A stretch of DNA of 64,000 nt from a virus (lineage: Duplodnaviria; Caudoviricetes). The notes under the pieces were generated by a model. The model ran no database searches, was not told the DNA's origin, and was given only the letters and a program-made list of their open reading frames with translations. Numbering within the stretch: position 1 is the stretch's first letter; each line of letters opens with the position of its first letter. Location: IMG/VR virus record IMGVR_UViG_3300042862_000163, positions 50,521-114,520 of that record; one strand, 5' to 3'. Positions 48,211-57,363 of the stretch are shown one piece after another. The position numbers and the translations under genes are program-made.

Positions 48211-48609
48211 TTAATAATTTAAAATTCCTGAATCTCTAATTGCTTCATAAAGTTCTGTCTTCTGTTTTGGAAACAGCACTGTGGCACCTATCAAATCTAA
48301 AAGATATTTCTTCCTAGTAGATATATCTAGTATATTCTCAGGGTTAAGTGATCTTTCTATTCTATTTGATAGTTCTGCTATCACTGTAGCTCCCTTCTTA
48401 AAATGCTCTGCTTCATCTTCATTTCTTACAGATATAAGCTTGCTTACATATCCTTCAATATGTGGAATAGTTTGTCTAAGAGATTGTTTAGCTCTTAATG
48501 TTAATAGACCATTAGCGTCCATTGTCTCAAATCTTTCCAATAGTGTTACAGAAAGTGCTAAACTCTCTATCACTACATCACTTAATTGTTCTGATGTTAA
48601 TTTATTCAT
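48211..48609 (-). CDS. Hypothetical protein
   Basis: ORF track. Confidence 0.6.
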   Translation of the reverse strand: MNKLTSEQLSDVVIESLALSVTLLERFETMDANGLLTLRAKQSLRQTIPHIEGYVSKLISVRNEDEAEHFKKGATVIAELSNRIERSLNPENILDISTRKKYLLDLIGATVLFPKQKTELYEAIRDSGILNY

Positions 48610-48733
48610 TTTCTTTTCTTCTTTTTAGGAGTTAAATGTTTCATTGGATTTCTTTTTTGATAGTTTGGATTCTCAACTTCAAATTCTTCAGAATTACTTC
48701 CAGTCTTGATTATTGTTTTAGGTTGTTTCATAA

Positions 48734-48886
48734 CTATTTATTTAAAGTTGTTACATTAACTACATTTACTTCTTTCTTTTTTCTAATCTTATCAAACTCT
48801 TCCCAGTCTATACTAAAAGTTCTTCCATATTTATCAGTTAGTTGACCATTCTTCATTTGAATATTAGATGGGTTTCTTACTCTCAT
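48734..48886 (-). CDS. Small hypothetical protein (50 aa, MRVRNPSNIQ...)
   Basis: Hand-translated; ATGA overlap with the primase relic. Confidence 0.5.
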   Translation of the reverse strand: MRVRNPSNIQMKNGQLTDKYGRTFSIDWEEFDKIRKKKEVNVVNVTTLNK

Positions 48887-48953
48887 ATAATTTCTCTTTG
48901 TGTTAAATATTTTTCTATTGTCTTTAATCCATGTGTTCTGGCAAGATCAGCCC
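48883..48953 (-). pseudogene. Relic duplicate of the primase 3' end (ADLARTHGLKTIEKYLTQREII-stop)
   Basis: Aligns without gaps to the present primase C-terminus ALLAKEKGLKTVETILKEKGII-stop. Confidence 0.75.
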
Positions 48954-48970
48954 TTAATTGTTTAAACATT

Positions 48971-49153
48971 TTATAATTTTTTTATTTCTAATTTAACTTC
49001 TTGCCAATAATCTAAAGATTCAAATACTCTTTCTTGTAATAAAACAGTTTCTATTTCTTCTACTGCTATAATTGCAGATTGTTTAGCATTGTGTTTATGA
49101 GTTTCAAAACTCATTTTATCAAATAACTCTTCAGCTTTATCTTTTGGACTCAT
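48971..49153 (-). CDS. Small paralog family B (PK.KA.EL...A.IAV.E...EVK.EI..L)
   Basis: Similar to the 55614 and 55841 ORFs. Confidence 0.65.
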   Translation of the reverse strand: MSPKDKAEELFDKMSFETHKHNAKQSAIIAVEEIETVLLQERVFESLDYWQEVKLEIKKL

Positions 49154-49940
49154 AATCTTTAAATTTTTTAAATTTTCTAATAAGTTTTAATTGTTTTTCA
49201 TCTTGATAAATGTAATTACAAAACGTTAATACATCTGCTATTTTACAAATAAATAAATACCAAGAGTTTCCTCTTTTGTCTTGTTTATATTTAGTCTTTA
49301 TGTTTAAATTAGTTTCTAACCAAGAACATAATCCTTTACAAAAATATTCACTACCTGTAAAGTTTAACATTATTCTTCCTTGAGAATTATAAATACAACC
49401 ATCACCATCAAAGTATCCACGAATGAAATCATGCATAAAGTTATCTGGTATATGATTAGGAAAAGTAAGAATCAAAGACTTGTTTTGTACAACTCCTAAT
49501 TTTCTTAAATCTTCTATTAATATCTTAGAGTTAAGTTCTATTTTTGACTGAGCTTTTCCTATATAGGATGTTCCTTTTATCAATTCTGATTTTCTTTGAT
49601 ATAAAGGTTTAGTGCTCTTGATGTCTTTTTTAAACTCTTCTAAGATGTATTCATCTTCTTTTGTAAGTTTTATGGCTAAACTATTCTTCAAAGGATAAAC
49701 ACATCCATCTGCATAGATCAAGCCTAAAAAATAAGCTTTATTAGATGTGTCTATTTCTTTGAAATACTCTTCATCAAATTTATATTTCTGATGACTTACT
49801 TCAATGTTGTTCTCTCTAAGATACTTTCCAACAGTTACATTTGATATTTCTAATTCATCTGCAATATCATAAGTACTTTTTCTACTAGATACATAACTAC
49901 TTATTATATAATCTATTTGTGTTTGTGTTATTTTTTTCAT
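49137..49940 (-). mobile_element. Free-standing LAGLIDADG homing endonuclease with N-terminal HTH
   Basis: AYFLGLIYADGC and FIRGYFDGDGC motifs. Confidence 0.92.
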
Positions 49941-49944
49941 AGTG

Positions 49945-49952
49945 TAAATATA
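49945..49952 (-). promoter_or_regulatory. -7-like element 4 nt before the endonuclease ATG
   Basis: Minus strand reads TATATTTA-CACT-ATG. Confidence 0.5.
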
Positions 49953-49996
49953 AGTAACTTGATTGATTTAGCAAAAGTAATTAGGTTAAATAATTG

Positions 49997-51001
49997 TTAA
50001 ATTATACCTTTTTCTTTTAGTATTGTTTCTACTGTTTTAAGTCCTTTTTCCTTTGCGAGCAATGCCCAATCTTTAATTCCTTCTCCTAGATATAGTCTTG
50101 GTACATTACAATACTCAAATCCAAACTTATCAGTTATTATTTGAGAATTCTTTACACCAGCTTCATCTGAATCAAAGGACAAGATTTGCCTATCAGAGTT
50201 TTCTTTTAGATACTGAACATTCTCTTCAGAGAAACATCCTGATCCTTCATTCTGAACAGCACAACAACATGGGTAAATCTTTTTCATCACCATGTAATCC
50301 TTTTTACTTTTATTGATGAATGCTACATCACAATCTTTGATGTCATCTAATCCATCCATCATAGTAATAGGTACATTATTAGGCATCCACTTATTCTTTC
50401 TATCTGCAAATGGTCTATAAATCTTCCAATGTCCTTCATATAGATAACCAAATCTTAATTCTGAGTCCATTATAGGGAACTTCTTTTTATTTAGATATAC
50501 AGTGTCTATCGAGTATACATTATTAGCTTTAAGATCATCTATGTCCTGATAATATCCATTCCAATATGCTAATTCTTCATGTGTAAACTTTCTTATTTTC
50601 ACTTGAATAAAGAACTCACGTTTAGAGGTGGCAGTTGGTTGAGCATAATCAGCAACAATCCTTTCATAATTCTTTGTAGAAGATATATTAACAATCCCTA
50701 GATCAAAATCTCTATCAATCATTACCAATGCTTCACGTAAGGATGGTAGGTTAAATAGCATTATCACAAAATCAAAACATCCACCTCTTTTGGTAGAATC
50801 TGAGAAATCATGAAAGGTTAATGCTTTTCCTTTATATCCTATAATGAATGAAGGACTCTTTTCATTTCTGAAAGGCGAATAAGTAACAACATTTATTTTC
50901 CAATTCTGGTGTGGCATATAGAACTTATAGATATCAAACTCTGTTATCTTATCTAATATGCTACCAGGTGTTAAGTTTGTTCTCTTTTTTCCTTGTATCA
51001 T
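49997..51001 (-). CDS. DNA primase (DnaG-like, TOPRIM)
   Basis: SPFRNEKSPSF..DF...GGCFDFV; KIYRP; KSKKD; FDSDEAG; KDW. Confidence 0.85.
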   Translation of the reverse strand: MIQGKKRTNLTPGSILDKITEFDIYKFYMPHQNWKINVVTYSPFRNEKSPSFIIGYKGKALTFHDFSDSTKRGGCFDFVIMLFNLPSLREALVMIDRDFDLGIVNISSTKNYERIVADYAQPTATSKREFFIQVKIRKFTHEELAYWNGYYQDIDDLKANNVYSIDTVYLNKKKFPIMDSELRFGYLYEGHWKIYRPFADRKNKWMPNNVPITMMDGLDDIKDCDVAFINKSKKDYMVMKKIYPCCCAVQNEGSGCFSEENVQYLKENSDRQILSFDSDEAGVKNSQIITDKFGFEYCNVPRLYLGEGIKDWALLAKEKGLKTVETILKEKGII

Positions 51002-51013
51002 AGCTTTAAAATA

Positions 51014-51041
51014 AAAACCCCCATCAAATTAATGATGAGGG
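51014..51041 (-). terminator. Intrinsic terminator after the SSB gene
   Basis: CCCCCATCA-aattaa-TGATGAGGG with an A-run (U-tract on the minus strand). Confidence 0.65.
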
Positions 51042-51063
51042 CTAGTATTAACAATTAAATTAA

Positions 51064-51936
51064 TTAATAATCATCACCATCATCAGAGATGAACTGATCA
51101 GATGCAACTAAGTTATCCTCAGAATTGTAATCTTGTAAATCTTTCAATGTATAATAGTCTTTACAACCATATTCACCAATAACATTCACAACAAATTTCT
51201 CATGAGCTTTTAACTCTTTAGGTTTTTTACTCTTAAGAGACTCTTGTGTTCTTTTGTTTCCATAATCAACAAGTCTGAATTGTTTTAATGCATATCCACC
51301 TAGGAATGCTTTGTTATAAATTCCTTGATATTCTTTAGATTCACCATCTCTTTCTTTAATGATAACAGTTGCTAAAGCTAAAATAGACTTAGCCCATTCT
51401 CCATTAACTTGGTCTTTAAGATCTTTTACATTACCTCTCATCAACTTCTTCCATTCTAATTGTAGAACAGTGTCTGCATCACGATAATCAAGATCAGCTA
51501 ACCATGTACGCATAAAGTTATAAAGATCTTCCTCACCTACATTAGCCACTCTGAAATCTCTTCCTTTAGTAAACCATTCAGCAAGATCATTTTCATCACC
51601 TGCCCAAGAACACATACCAATAGAGTTGATATATTGTTTTTTGGTACCATCTTTGTTCTCACGTTCTTTATCTTCTAAGAAGAAGCTCACTTTGAACTTA
51701 TTATCATCTTTAATCTCTTGTAGCCATATATCAATACGAACATAGCTGTTACCATCTTTAGTCTCACCTAAATACTCAGCAGCTTTGCTGTCTTCTTTAA
51801 GCTCCATTCCAAGTTTATCTTTAAACTCTTCAATTGTTGGATTAATGGCAATTACGTTTGCTTCAAACAAACCTACCTTTTTACTGAAATCTCCACCACC
51901 TGTGTTTTCTCTCTTTTTTCCTCCGATACTACTCAT
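51064..51936 (-). CDS. Putative single-stranded DNA-binding protein
   Basis: V.AINP..EE motif, acidic C-terminal tail, located between a Sak4-like ATPase and the primase. Confidence 0.6.
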   Translation of the reverse strand: MSSIGGKKRENTGGGDFSKKVGLFEANVIAINPTIEEFKDKLGMELKEDSKAAEYLGETKDGNSYVRIDIWLQEIKDDNKFKVSFFLEDKERENKDGTKKQYINSIGMCSWAGDENDLAEWFTKGRDFRVANVGEEDLYNFMRTWLADLDYRDADTVLQLEWKKLMRGNVKDLKDQVNGEWAKSILALATVIIKERDGESKEYQGIYNKAFLGGYALKQFRLVDYGNKRTQESLKSKKPKELKAHEKFVVNVIGEYGCKDYYTLKDLQDYNSEDNLVASDQFISDDGDDY

Positions 51937-51958
51937 CTTAATTTATTTATTTAGTTAT

Positions 51959-52237
51959 TTATAATTCTTCTTCTTTTGAAAATCTCTCTTCCCATATCTT
52001 TGTAACTTCATATGGATTAGCAATATAATCATATAATGCATCCATTCCTTCTTTCACTGTGGAAAAAGGAACTGATTTACATCCCACTTCAACTACACAT
52101 CCTATAGATAAGAATCTAATATTAATTTGATGATATCTAAGAAGTTCTATTCTAGATGGTCTGTATTCTGATTTTACATAATCTTCTTGAATTCTTGTTC
52201 CTGTTCCTAATTCTGGCATTACTGCTTCTTCTCCCAT
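51959..52237 (-). CDS. Hypothetical protein
   Basis: ORF track. Confidence 0.55.
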   Translation of the reverse strand: MGEEAVMPELGTGTRIQEDYVKSEYRPSRIELLRYHQINIRFLSIGCVVEVGCKSVPFSTVKEGMDALYDYIANPYEVTKIWEERFSKEEEL

Positions 52238-52247
52238 TTTAATTTAG

Positions 52248-52922
52248 TTAAGCGTTATAATAATTTGTTAAACTGTCTGCAACTATTTGCAGATCATTTG
52301 GAATCTTTAATTCTGGAAACATTCCATCAGGACTTTTAGCTGGGAACTTTCTGTAACGATTAGTTACAAATTGATATGTAGCTGTTCCATCTTTACCTTC
52401 TTCTACAAGTGTGTATAAACATACTGTAAGAAGGCCCTCAAGTAATACTTGGTTATCAATTAACTTACCTGCAGTTTTGATCTTATATCCTAGAACATCT
52501 GATCCATCCATTATTTCTTCTGGATGTGTAAGATAGAATACAGTGACATCATCTCTCAACTGTCTAGCTGTTCTGAATAGATCAACCATGTCTTTAGCCA
52601 TAACACTAAATTTGGTAAATCCTACCTCTGTAGCTTTGTTAACCATATTGAATCCCATAATGTAATTACTGTCTTCAATGATAATGTTCTTGATGTGAGG
52701 AGCTTTATCAGAAATAGTTCTTAGCAATCGAGATATCTCATTAGCATCTTCTACTTCTTTGTAATTCTTGTTCTCTGTGTTGTAAAGCTTTTCACTTCCT
52801 CTAAATGGAAGCTCCTTCTTTGCAACATTAATAATGTACGTTTCCTCTGGATTTAGGTGCTTAATCGCTGTACTTTTTCCTGTACCTGTTGCACCCACAA
52901 TTCCTACTAGCTTTGAACTCAT
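52248..52922 (-). CDS. AAA_24/Sak4-like ATPase
   Basis: GATGTGKST, IIEDS.Y, THPE, KT.GK, EGL, AKSP.GMF, PNDL. Confidence 0.85.
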   Translation of the reverse strand: MSSKLVGIVGATGTGKSTAIKHLNPEETYIINVAKKELPFRGSEKLYNTENKNYKEVEDANEISRLLRTISDKAPHIKNIIIEDSNYIMGFNMVNKATEVGFTKFSVMAKDMVDLFRTARQLRDDVTVFYLTHPEEIMDGSDVLGYKIKTAGKLIDNQVLLEGLLTVCLYTLVEEGKDGTATYQFVTNRYRKFPAKSPDGMFPELKIPNDLQIVADSLTNYYNA

Positions 52923-52983
52923 AGTTTTTAATTTATTTAATTAGTTATTTTCACTATATAAAGATACAAAATAATCTTTTTGA

Positions 52984-54057
52984 TTACAAGTATTTTATCT
53001 TGTTTTTATCAAAGAATTCTAATGCCTTTGATAACCATTTTAGCTCTACAGGCTCATCACTACTGACAATATATATATGTGCTTTCTTATCTGGTGTAGC
53101 ATATTCCATCCCCATGCATCGATTTATTTTTTGTGCAAGATTTTCTGCATTACTATCAAAATAGTTAATAATAACTTTGTCAAGAGGTTTGTATGTTATA
53201 CCAGAATTGCCAATTTTAACAACAGCTAGGTGATTACCTTCTCCTTCAGCAAAGTCTTCAAAAATACTTTTTTCTTTAGACTTATTGTGATAGGAAGGAA
53301 TACCTAGATTATCTGCTACAGCAGTGGTGCCACAGAACACTAATACTCTTTCATCTTTATGTGCAGCCAAAAGTCGCTTTGTAGCATTAGTTTTGGCCAA
53401 GGATGATTGAATAACTCGCATTCTTGCTAGACGCATAAACATTGTATCTCCACCACTATATTGCATTTTATTGATTACCCATGATATTCCATCATAGTGT
53501 TTCTTCTCAGTCTTGAGCTTTCCTTTGTAATCATTATATACAGTATTATCTAGTGGTACTCTTATTACATGTATCTCATAATCTACAATAACTCCTTCTT
53601 CAATTGCTTTTTCAATTGGATAGTGAGCTATTACATGTAAATCAAGTTCTTCTTCAAGAGTTATTTCTGTCTCTCTGGATAATGTACCAGTGAGACCTAG
53701 TATACAAGCATTGTTACTAAATAAATCCTTGCACACTTCTATCTGAGCTTCAGACAAAAGATGTATCTCATCTATAATAATAATATCATACGCATTGTCT
53801 ACTAACTTTTTTAATGATAGATGTGTACTATATGTAACATTGCTATCATCAAATCCTAGATCAGCAAAATCAGCTTGCCAAGAGTCTTTGATCTTGTTAT
53901 CTGGATAAGCAATAAGTATAGATTTTGGTTTGAGTTTTTCTAATGCTAGTATACTAGTTCTAATCTTTCCAAACCTTGGACACAAATTCAATATACCATG
54001 CTTCTCTTTTAACCACACTTTAGCAAATTCTAATTGCCTATCATCTCTTATTGACAT
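52984..54057 (-). CDS. SF2 helicase-like protein (degenerate motifs)
   Basis: Q motif, PRFGKI, DEIH, GLTGT, VLVFC, AQKINR. Confidence 0.75.
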   Translation of the reverse strand: MSIRDDRQLEFAKVWLKEKHGILNLCPRFGKIRTSILALEKLKPKSILIAYPDNKIKDSWQADFADLGFDDSNVTYSTHLSLKKLVDNAYDIIIIDEIHLLSEAQIEVCKDLFSNNACILGLTGTLSRETEITLEEELDLHVIAHYPIEKAIEEGVIVDYEIHVIRVPLDNTVYNDYKGKLKTEKKHYDGISWVINKMQYSGGDTMFMRLARMRVIQSSLAKTNATKRLLAAHKDERVLVFCGTTAVADNLGIPSYHNKSKEKSIFEDFAEGEGNHLAVVKIGNSGITYKPLDKVIINYFDSNAENLAQKINRCMGMEYATPDKKAHIYIVSSDEPVELKWLSKALEFFDKNKIKYL

Positions 54058-54547
54058 ACTTATCTTTTAAAATTACATCGTAATAATCTATCACTGATGT
54101 TACTCCATCAGTATGTCTTGTCCATTCACAAGGAGCAAACTTTCTACATTGAGCTATTCTATCTTCTACAGAGTTCTTTTTATCTGTTTCTCTAGTGTAA
54201 TACAACCAACATTCCCAATAATGATCAGCTTCTGGAGCTACAAACATTAGAGCTGCCTGCCATTTGAAGAACACAAAACTTACCAAAGGACTCCATTCAA
54301 ATCTATAATCATCGTACTTAGTCTTCCAACCTAATGATACAAAATCAAATCCTATTTTCTTAGGAACTGATGTTAGGTATCCTGGGTTTATTTTACTATC
54401 AACCCATCTTCTTGGTAAAAAATATGGTGTACCAATAGCCACCTTACCAAAATACCATTTTATTCTTAATGGTTTGAATGGAGAATTATATGTTCTCAGA
54501 TAATCAAACTCATTAAAGAGTCTCTTTATTCTTCTATTTATTGTCAT
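54041..54547 (-). CDS. Hypothetical protein (Trp-rich)
   Basis: ORF track. Confidence 0.6.
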   Translation of the reverse strand: MTINRRIKRLFNEFDYLRTYNSPFKPLRIKWYFGKVAIGTPYFLPRRWVDSKINPGYLTSVPKKIGFDFVSLGWKTKYDDYRFEWSPLVSFVFFKWQAALMFVAPEADHYWECWLYYTRETDKKNSVEDRIAQCRKFAPCEWTRHTDGVTSVIDYYDVILKDKYVNKR

Positions 54548-54549
54548 AA

Positions 54550-55617
54550 TTATTCTCTTAAAAAATATGATTTATTTACAACTGACTCATAATCTGAATC
54601 AGTCATATCTTTTTTTCTTTTTAACTCCTTGAACATACCGATTTCACCAAGGAATCCAAGACCAATTCTCACGTCGTCTTCACCATAACTATTCTTGAGT
54701 AGTCTCAAGCTTCTGAAGTATTTAGCTCCATATTGATCTGTTAGCTTATCAAGATCATATCCAGAAGGATCTGCCACTTTATATCTCATAGGATCAAATA
54801 ATGCCATAACAACATCAGCATCATTTTGTGTAGCTGAACTGTCTGCAAAATCTTCTAGTTGAGGTTCAACATCACCATTCTTAATCCTAGATGGATTAGA
54901 AATACTTCTGTTAAACTGACTTACCACCACTGGAGAATATCCATAGAAATCTCTAGCATATCTGAGTTCATCAGACATTTTGTCGATAGCTGCTTTCTTT
55001 GTTGGATGATCTTTAGTAGTCTTAAGTAGACCAATGTGATCCATTACCACCATAGTGATTTGAGTTGGATCATTTGGAATATAAATTTTATTCCATTTGT
55101 CTAACTGTTGTATCTCACCATTTTCTTCAGCATAAGTCTTTAGTTGTTTTGCTATACCTACAGGATTCTCTGGACCATCAATAATAGTTACTATCTCACT
55201 AAGATGATCTACATAATCTTTATAATATAAAAACAGATCATGCTCATCATTAGTCATCTTCTCTCTCCAGCCAAGTAACTTACCTACTGGAATGATTATA
55301 CCCTGGTCTAGAAATATCTTACGAGATACCCATTTGGCATACTTGTAAGTTCTACTTCTCTCCATGGACCTATACCATATCTTCACCTTAATACCTGAAG
55401 CAAGTCCTTCTTTAGACATGGCCCAATCAACAGGATTAAGAACAAATGCATCATCAATAAATGATGTCTTACCAGATCCAGTGTTACCACCAATCAAATA
55501 GTACATACCCTTACGAATACCTACATATCTAGTAAGTCTATCAAATCCCATAGGAATCCCTCTATTAAGATCATGCAATCCCTTCTCAACTTCAGCATTT
55601 AATAGTTCAAAACTCAT
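54550..55617 (-). CDS. dnaB: DnaB-like replicative helicase
   Basis: GGNTGSGKTS, SME, DHIGL, SQFNR, D..DS...DADVV.L, LKN.YG. Start refined to ATG 55617. Confidence 0.88.
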   Translation of the reverse strand: MSFELLNAEVEKGLHDLNRGIPMGFDRLTRYVGIRKGMYYLIGGNTGSGKTSFIDDAFVLNPVDWAMSKEGLASGIKVKIWYRSMERSRTYKYAKWVSRKIFLDQGIIIPVGKLLGWREKMTNDEHDLFLYYKDYVDHLSEIVTIIDGPENPVGIAKQLKTYAEENGEIQQLDKWNKIYIPNDPTQITMVVMDHIGLLKTTKDHPTKKAAIDKMSDELRYARDFYGYSPVVVSQFNRSISNPSRIKNGDVEPQLEDFADSSATQNDADVVMALFDPMRYKVADPSGYDLDKLTDQYGAKYFRSLRLLKNSYGEDDVRIGLGFLGEIGMFKELKRKKDMTDSDYESVVNKSYFLRE

Positions 55618-55844
55618 AATAATTCTATTTCTTGTTTTACTTCTAATAGATACTTCCATCGTTCTTTTTCCCATTCTTGAAATTCTCCACCAGCCCATTT
55701 GCTAATTTCTTCAAACATTTCATCAACTGCTATTAATGCACATTGTTTAGAAATTTCAAATGCAACATAAAACATCATAGTTCCTTCTTGAGGAAGTTCT
55801 TTAAATTTTAATACAAGCTCTTCTGCTTTTTCTTTTGGTGTCAT
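55614..55844 (-). CDS. Small paralog family B
   Basis: MTPKEKA..KQCALIAVDE..VKQEI. Confidence 0.7.
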   Translation of the reverse strand: MTPKEKAEELVLKFKELPQEGTMMFYVAFEISKQCALIAVDEMFEEISKWAGGEFQEWEKERWKYLLEVKQEIELL

Positions 55845-56080
55845 AATTTTTCTATTTCTTGTTTAACTTTAGTTAAGTAATCTAATTCAATAGCTTCAAA
55901 TTCACTTCTATCTTCATTAAAAACTTTCATTAAAGATAACATTTGACTAATCATCTCATCAACTGCTATTAATGCACATTGTTTTTCATATTCACATTTA
56001 GACAAATCAATACTATCTTCGTATCCATCTATTCTTGCAAACTTATCTAATAACTCTTTTGCTTTTTCTTTTGGTGTCAT
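55841..56080 (-). CDS. Small paralog family B
   Basis: Tandem paralog; 28-bp identical DNA at 55721 and 55957. Confidence 0.7.
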   Translation of the reverse strand: MTPKEKAKELLDKFARIDGYEDSIDLSKCEYEKQCALIAVDEMISQMLSLMKVFNEDRSEFEAIELDYLTKVKQEIEKL

Positions 56081-56709
56081 TAGATATCAGTACCTCCTGT
56101 TGGTTTTTGTGGAGCAATGTCTATTTTAGCTCCATCATTAATTAATTCAATGAATGCTTCAAATGCTCGTTGATTTAGATATACAGAAGACCCTTGCATG
56201 AATGTCAATCGATTTGTACCAGTGCTAAGAGAAGCTTCTTTCTTTTGAATCACTTCAAAATTAAGAGCAGCTATAAGTTGTGAAGCTGTATATTCTCCTT
56301 CTATTAGTATTTTATCAAACTTCAATCTGCAGTCATCTTTATGTAATCTGAGAGCTCTTGTTCCTTTGAATGTTTTTCCTTTGTACTCAAAAGAATCAGT
56401 TCCTGGATAAGTCTTCCACCATTCTTCAAAATCTGTTGTTGCAGGTTTTCTTCTTATAATCTTTACATCATTTTTAGTTTCTATAAACTTTAAAAGATCT
56501 TTACCTATTAGTGTGAGCTTTTCATCGTCTTTAGTTATCAATCCTTTTCTTATCAAAGACTGATAGACAGAATCAATTTTCATACTTCCTTCACATAGTG
56601 GAGAAATATCAAATTGTTCGTCTATCAGCTTTAAGAGATATATTATATCTAGATTATAACCTTTCTTGATAAGCTCCTCGAACTGTTGAGGTGTTATGCT
56701 TAACTTCAT
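56080..56709 (-). CDS. Replication initiation/helicase-loader-like protein
   Basis: wHTH-like N-terminus; FEEWWKTYP...YLNQR.FE C-terminal motif; near dnaB. Confidence 0.55.
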   Translation of the reverse strand: MKLSITPQQFEELIKKGYNLDIIYLLKLIDEQFDISPLCEGSMKIDSVYQSLIRKGLITKDDEKLTLIGKDLLKFIETKNDVKIIRRKPATTDFEEWWKTYPGTDSFEYKGKTFKGTRALRLHKDDCRLKFDKILIEGEYTASQLIAALNFEVIQKKEASLSTGTNRLTFMQGSSVYLNQRAFEAFIELINDGAKIDIAPQKPTGGTDI

Positions 56710-56866
56710 GTGTTATTGGTGTTAAAACTTTAATAACTGCAGGCAGTCTATTCTTAGCTGCTTGCTCTTCTTCCCATTGATGCCATGAATTCACAACATC
56801 TTGGTATCTTTCGATTGCATAGATGTGATCATTGGGATATTCCCAATCTTCCATTGCCCAATTCAT
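56654..56866 (-). CDS. Hypothetical protein
   Basis: ORF track. Confidence 0.5.
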   Translation of the reverse strand: MNWAMEDWEYPNDHIYAIERYQDVVNSWHQWEEEQAAKNRLPAVIKVLTPITHEVKHNTSTVRGAYQERL

Positions 56867-57093
56867 TATTCAATTGGTTTTTTGGCCTTTGGTTTTCTTT
56901 TGTATTTCTTCTTTGGCTTTGGTGCAATAGGTGTAGGTTCTACATCAGCAGGATCCATACCAAAGTCTCCTATCTTAGGATCGATATTGAACTCATCTTT
57001 CTTTAATTCTTCAGTGGTATCAACTGTATTTGACATAGTCATAACTGCCACAACAATGATTGCAATTAATGCAACAATAATAAGTATTCCCAT
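56866..57093 (-). CDS. Small membrane-anchored protein with a basic tail
   Basis: N-terminal TM helix; KPKKKYKRKPK. Confidence 0.65.
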   Translation of the reverse strand: MGILIIVALIAIIVVAVMTMSNTVDTTEELKKDEFNIDPKIGDFGMDPADVEPTPIAPKPKKKYKRKPKAKKPIE

Positions 57094-57111
57094 AATTTTT
57101 AATTTTTAAGT

Positions 57112-57363
57112 TTATGTTTTAATTCTTAAACCGAACTGTAAATTAAACCAACCAAATGTTGATTCAGCCTTTGCTTTGTTAAATTTAAATGTTTTTTTCA
57201 ATAAAGGTATAGCATACGCTTTGAATACCTCATGCTCCTCTGGTGTCATAGTCCAGTTAAAATACCACATATCATCTGATTTGGCATCTTCTATTGTCTT
57301 TCCAACCATATTTAATTGATATTCAATTAAATGATCAGAAATGTTTGTGCGATTAATTTTCAT
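57112..57363 (-). CDS. Hypothetical protein
   Basis: Coupled to polB. Confidence 0.65.
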   Translation of the reverse strand: MKINRTNISDHLIEYQLNMVGKTIEDAKSDDMWYFNWTMTPEEHEVFKAYAIPLLKKTFKFNKAKAESTFGWFNLQFGLRIKT

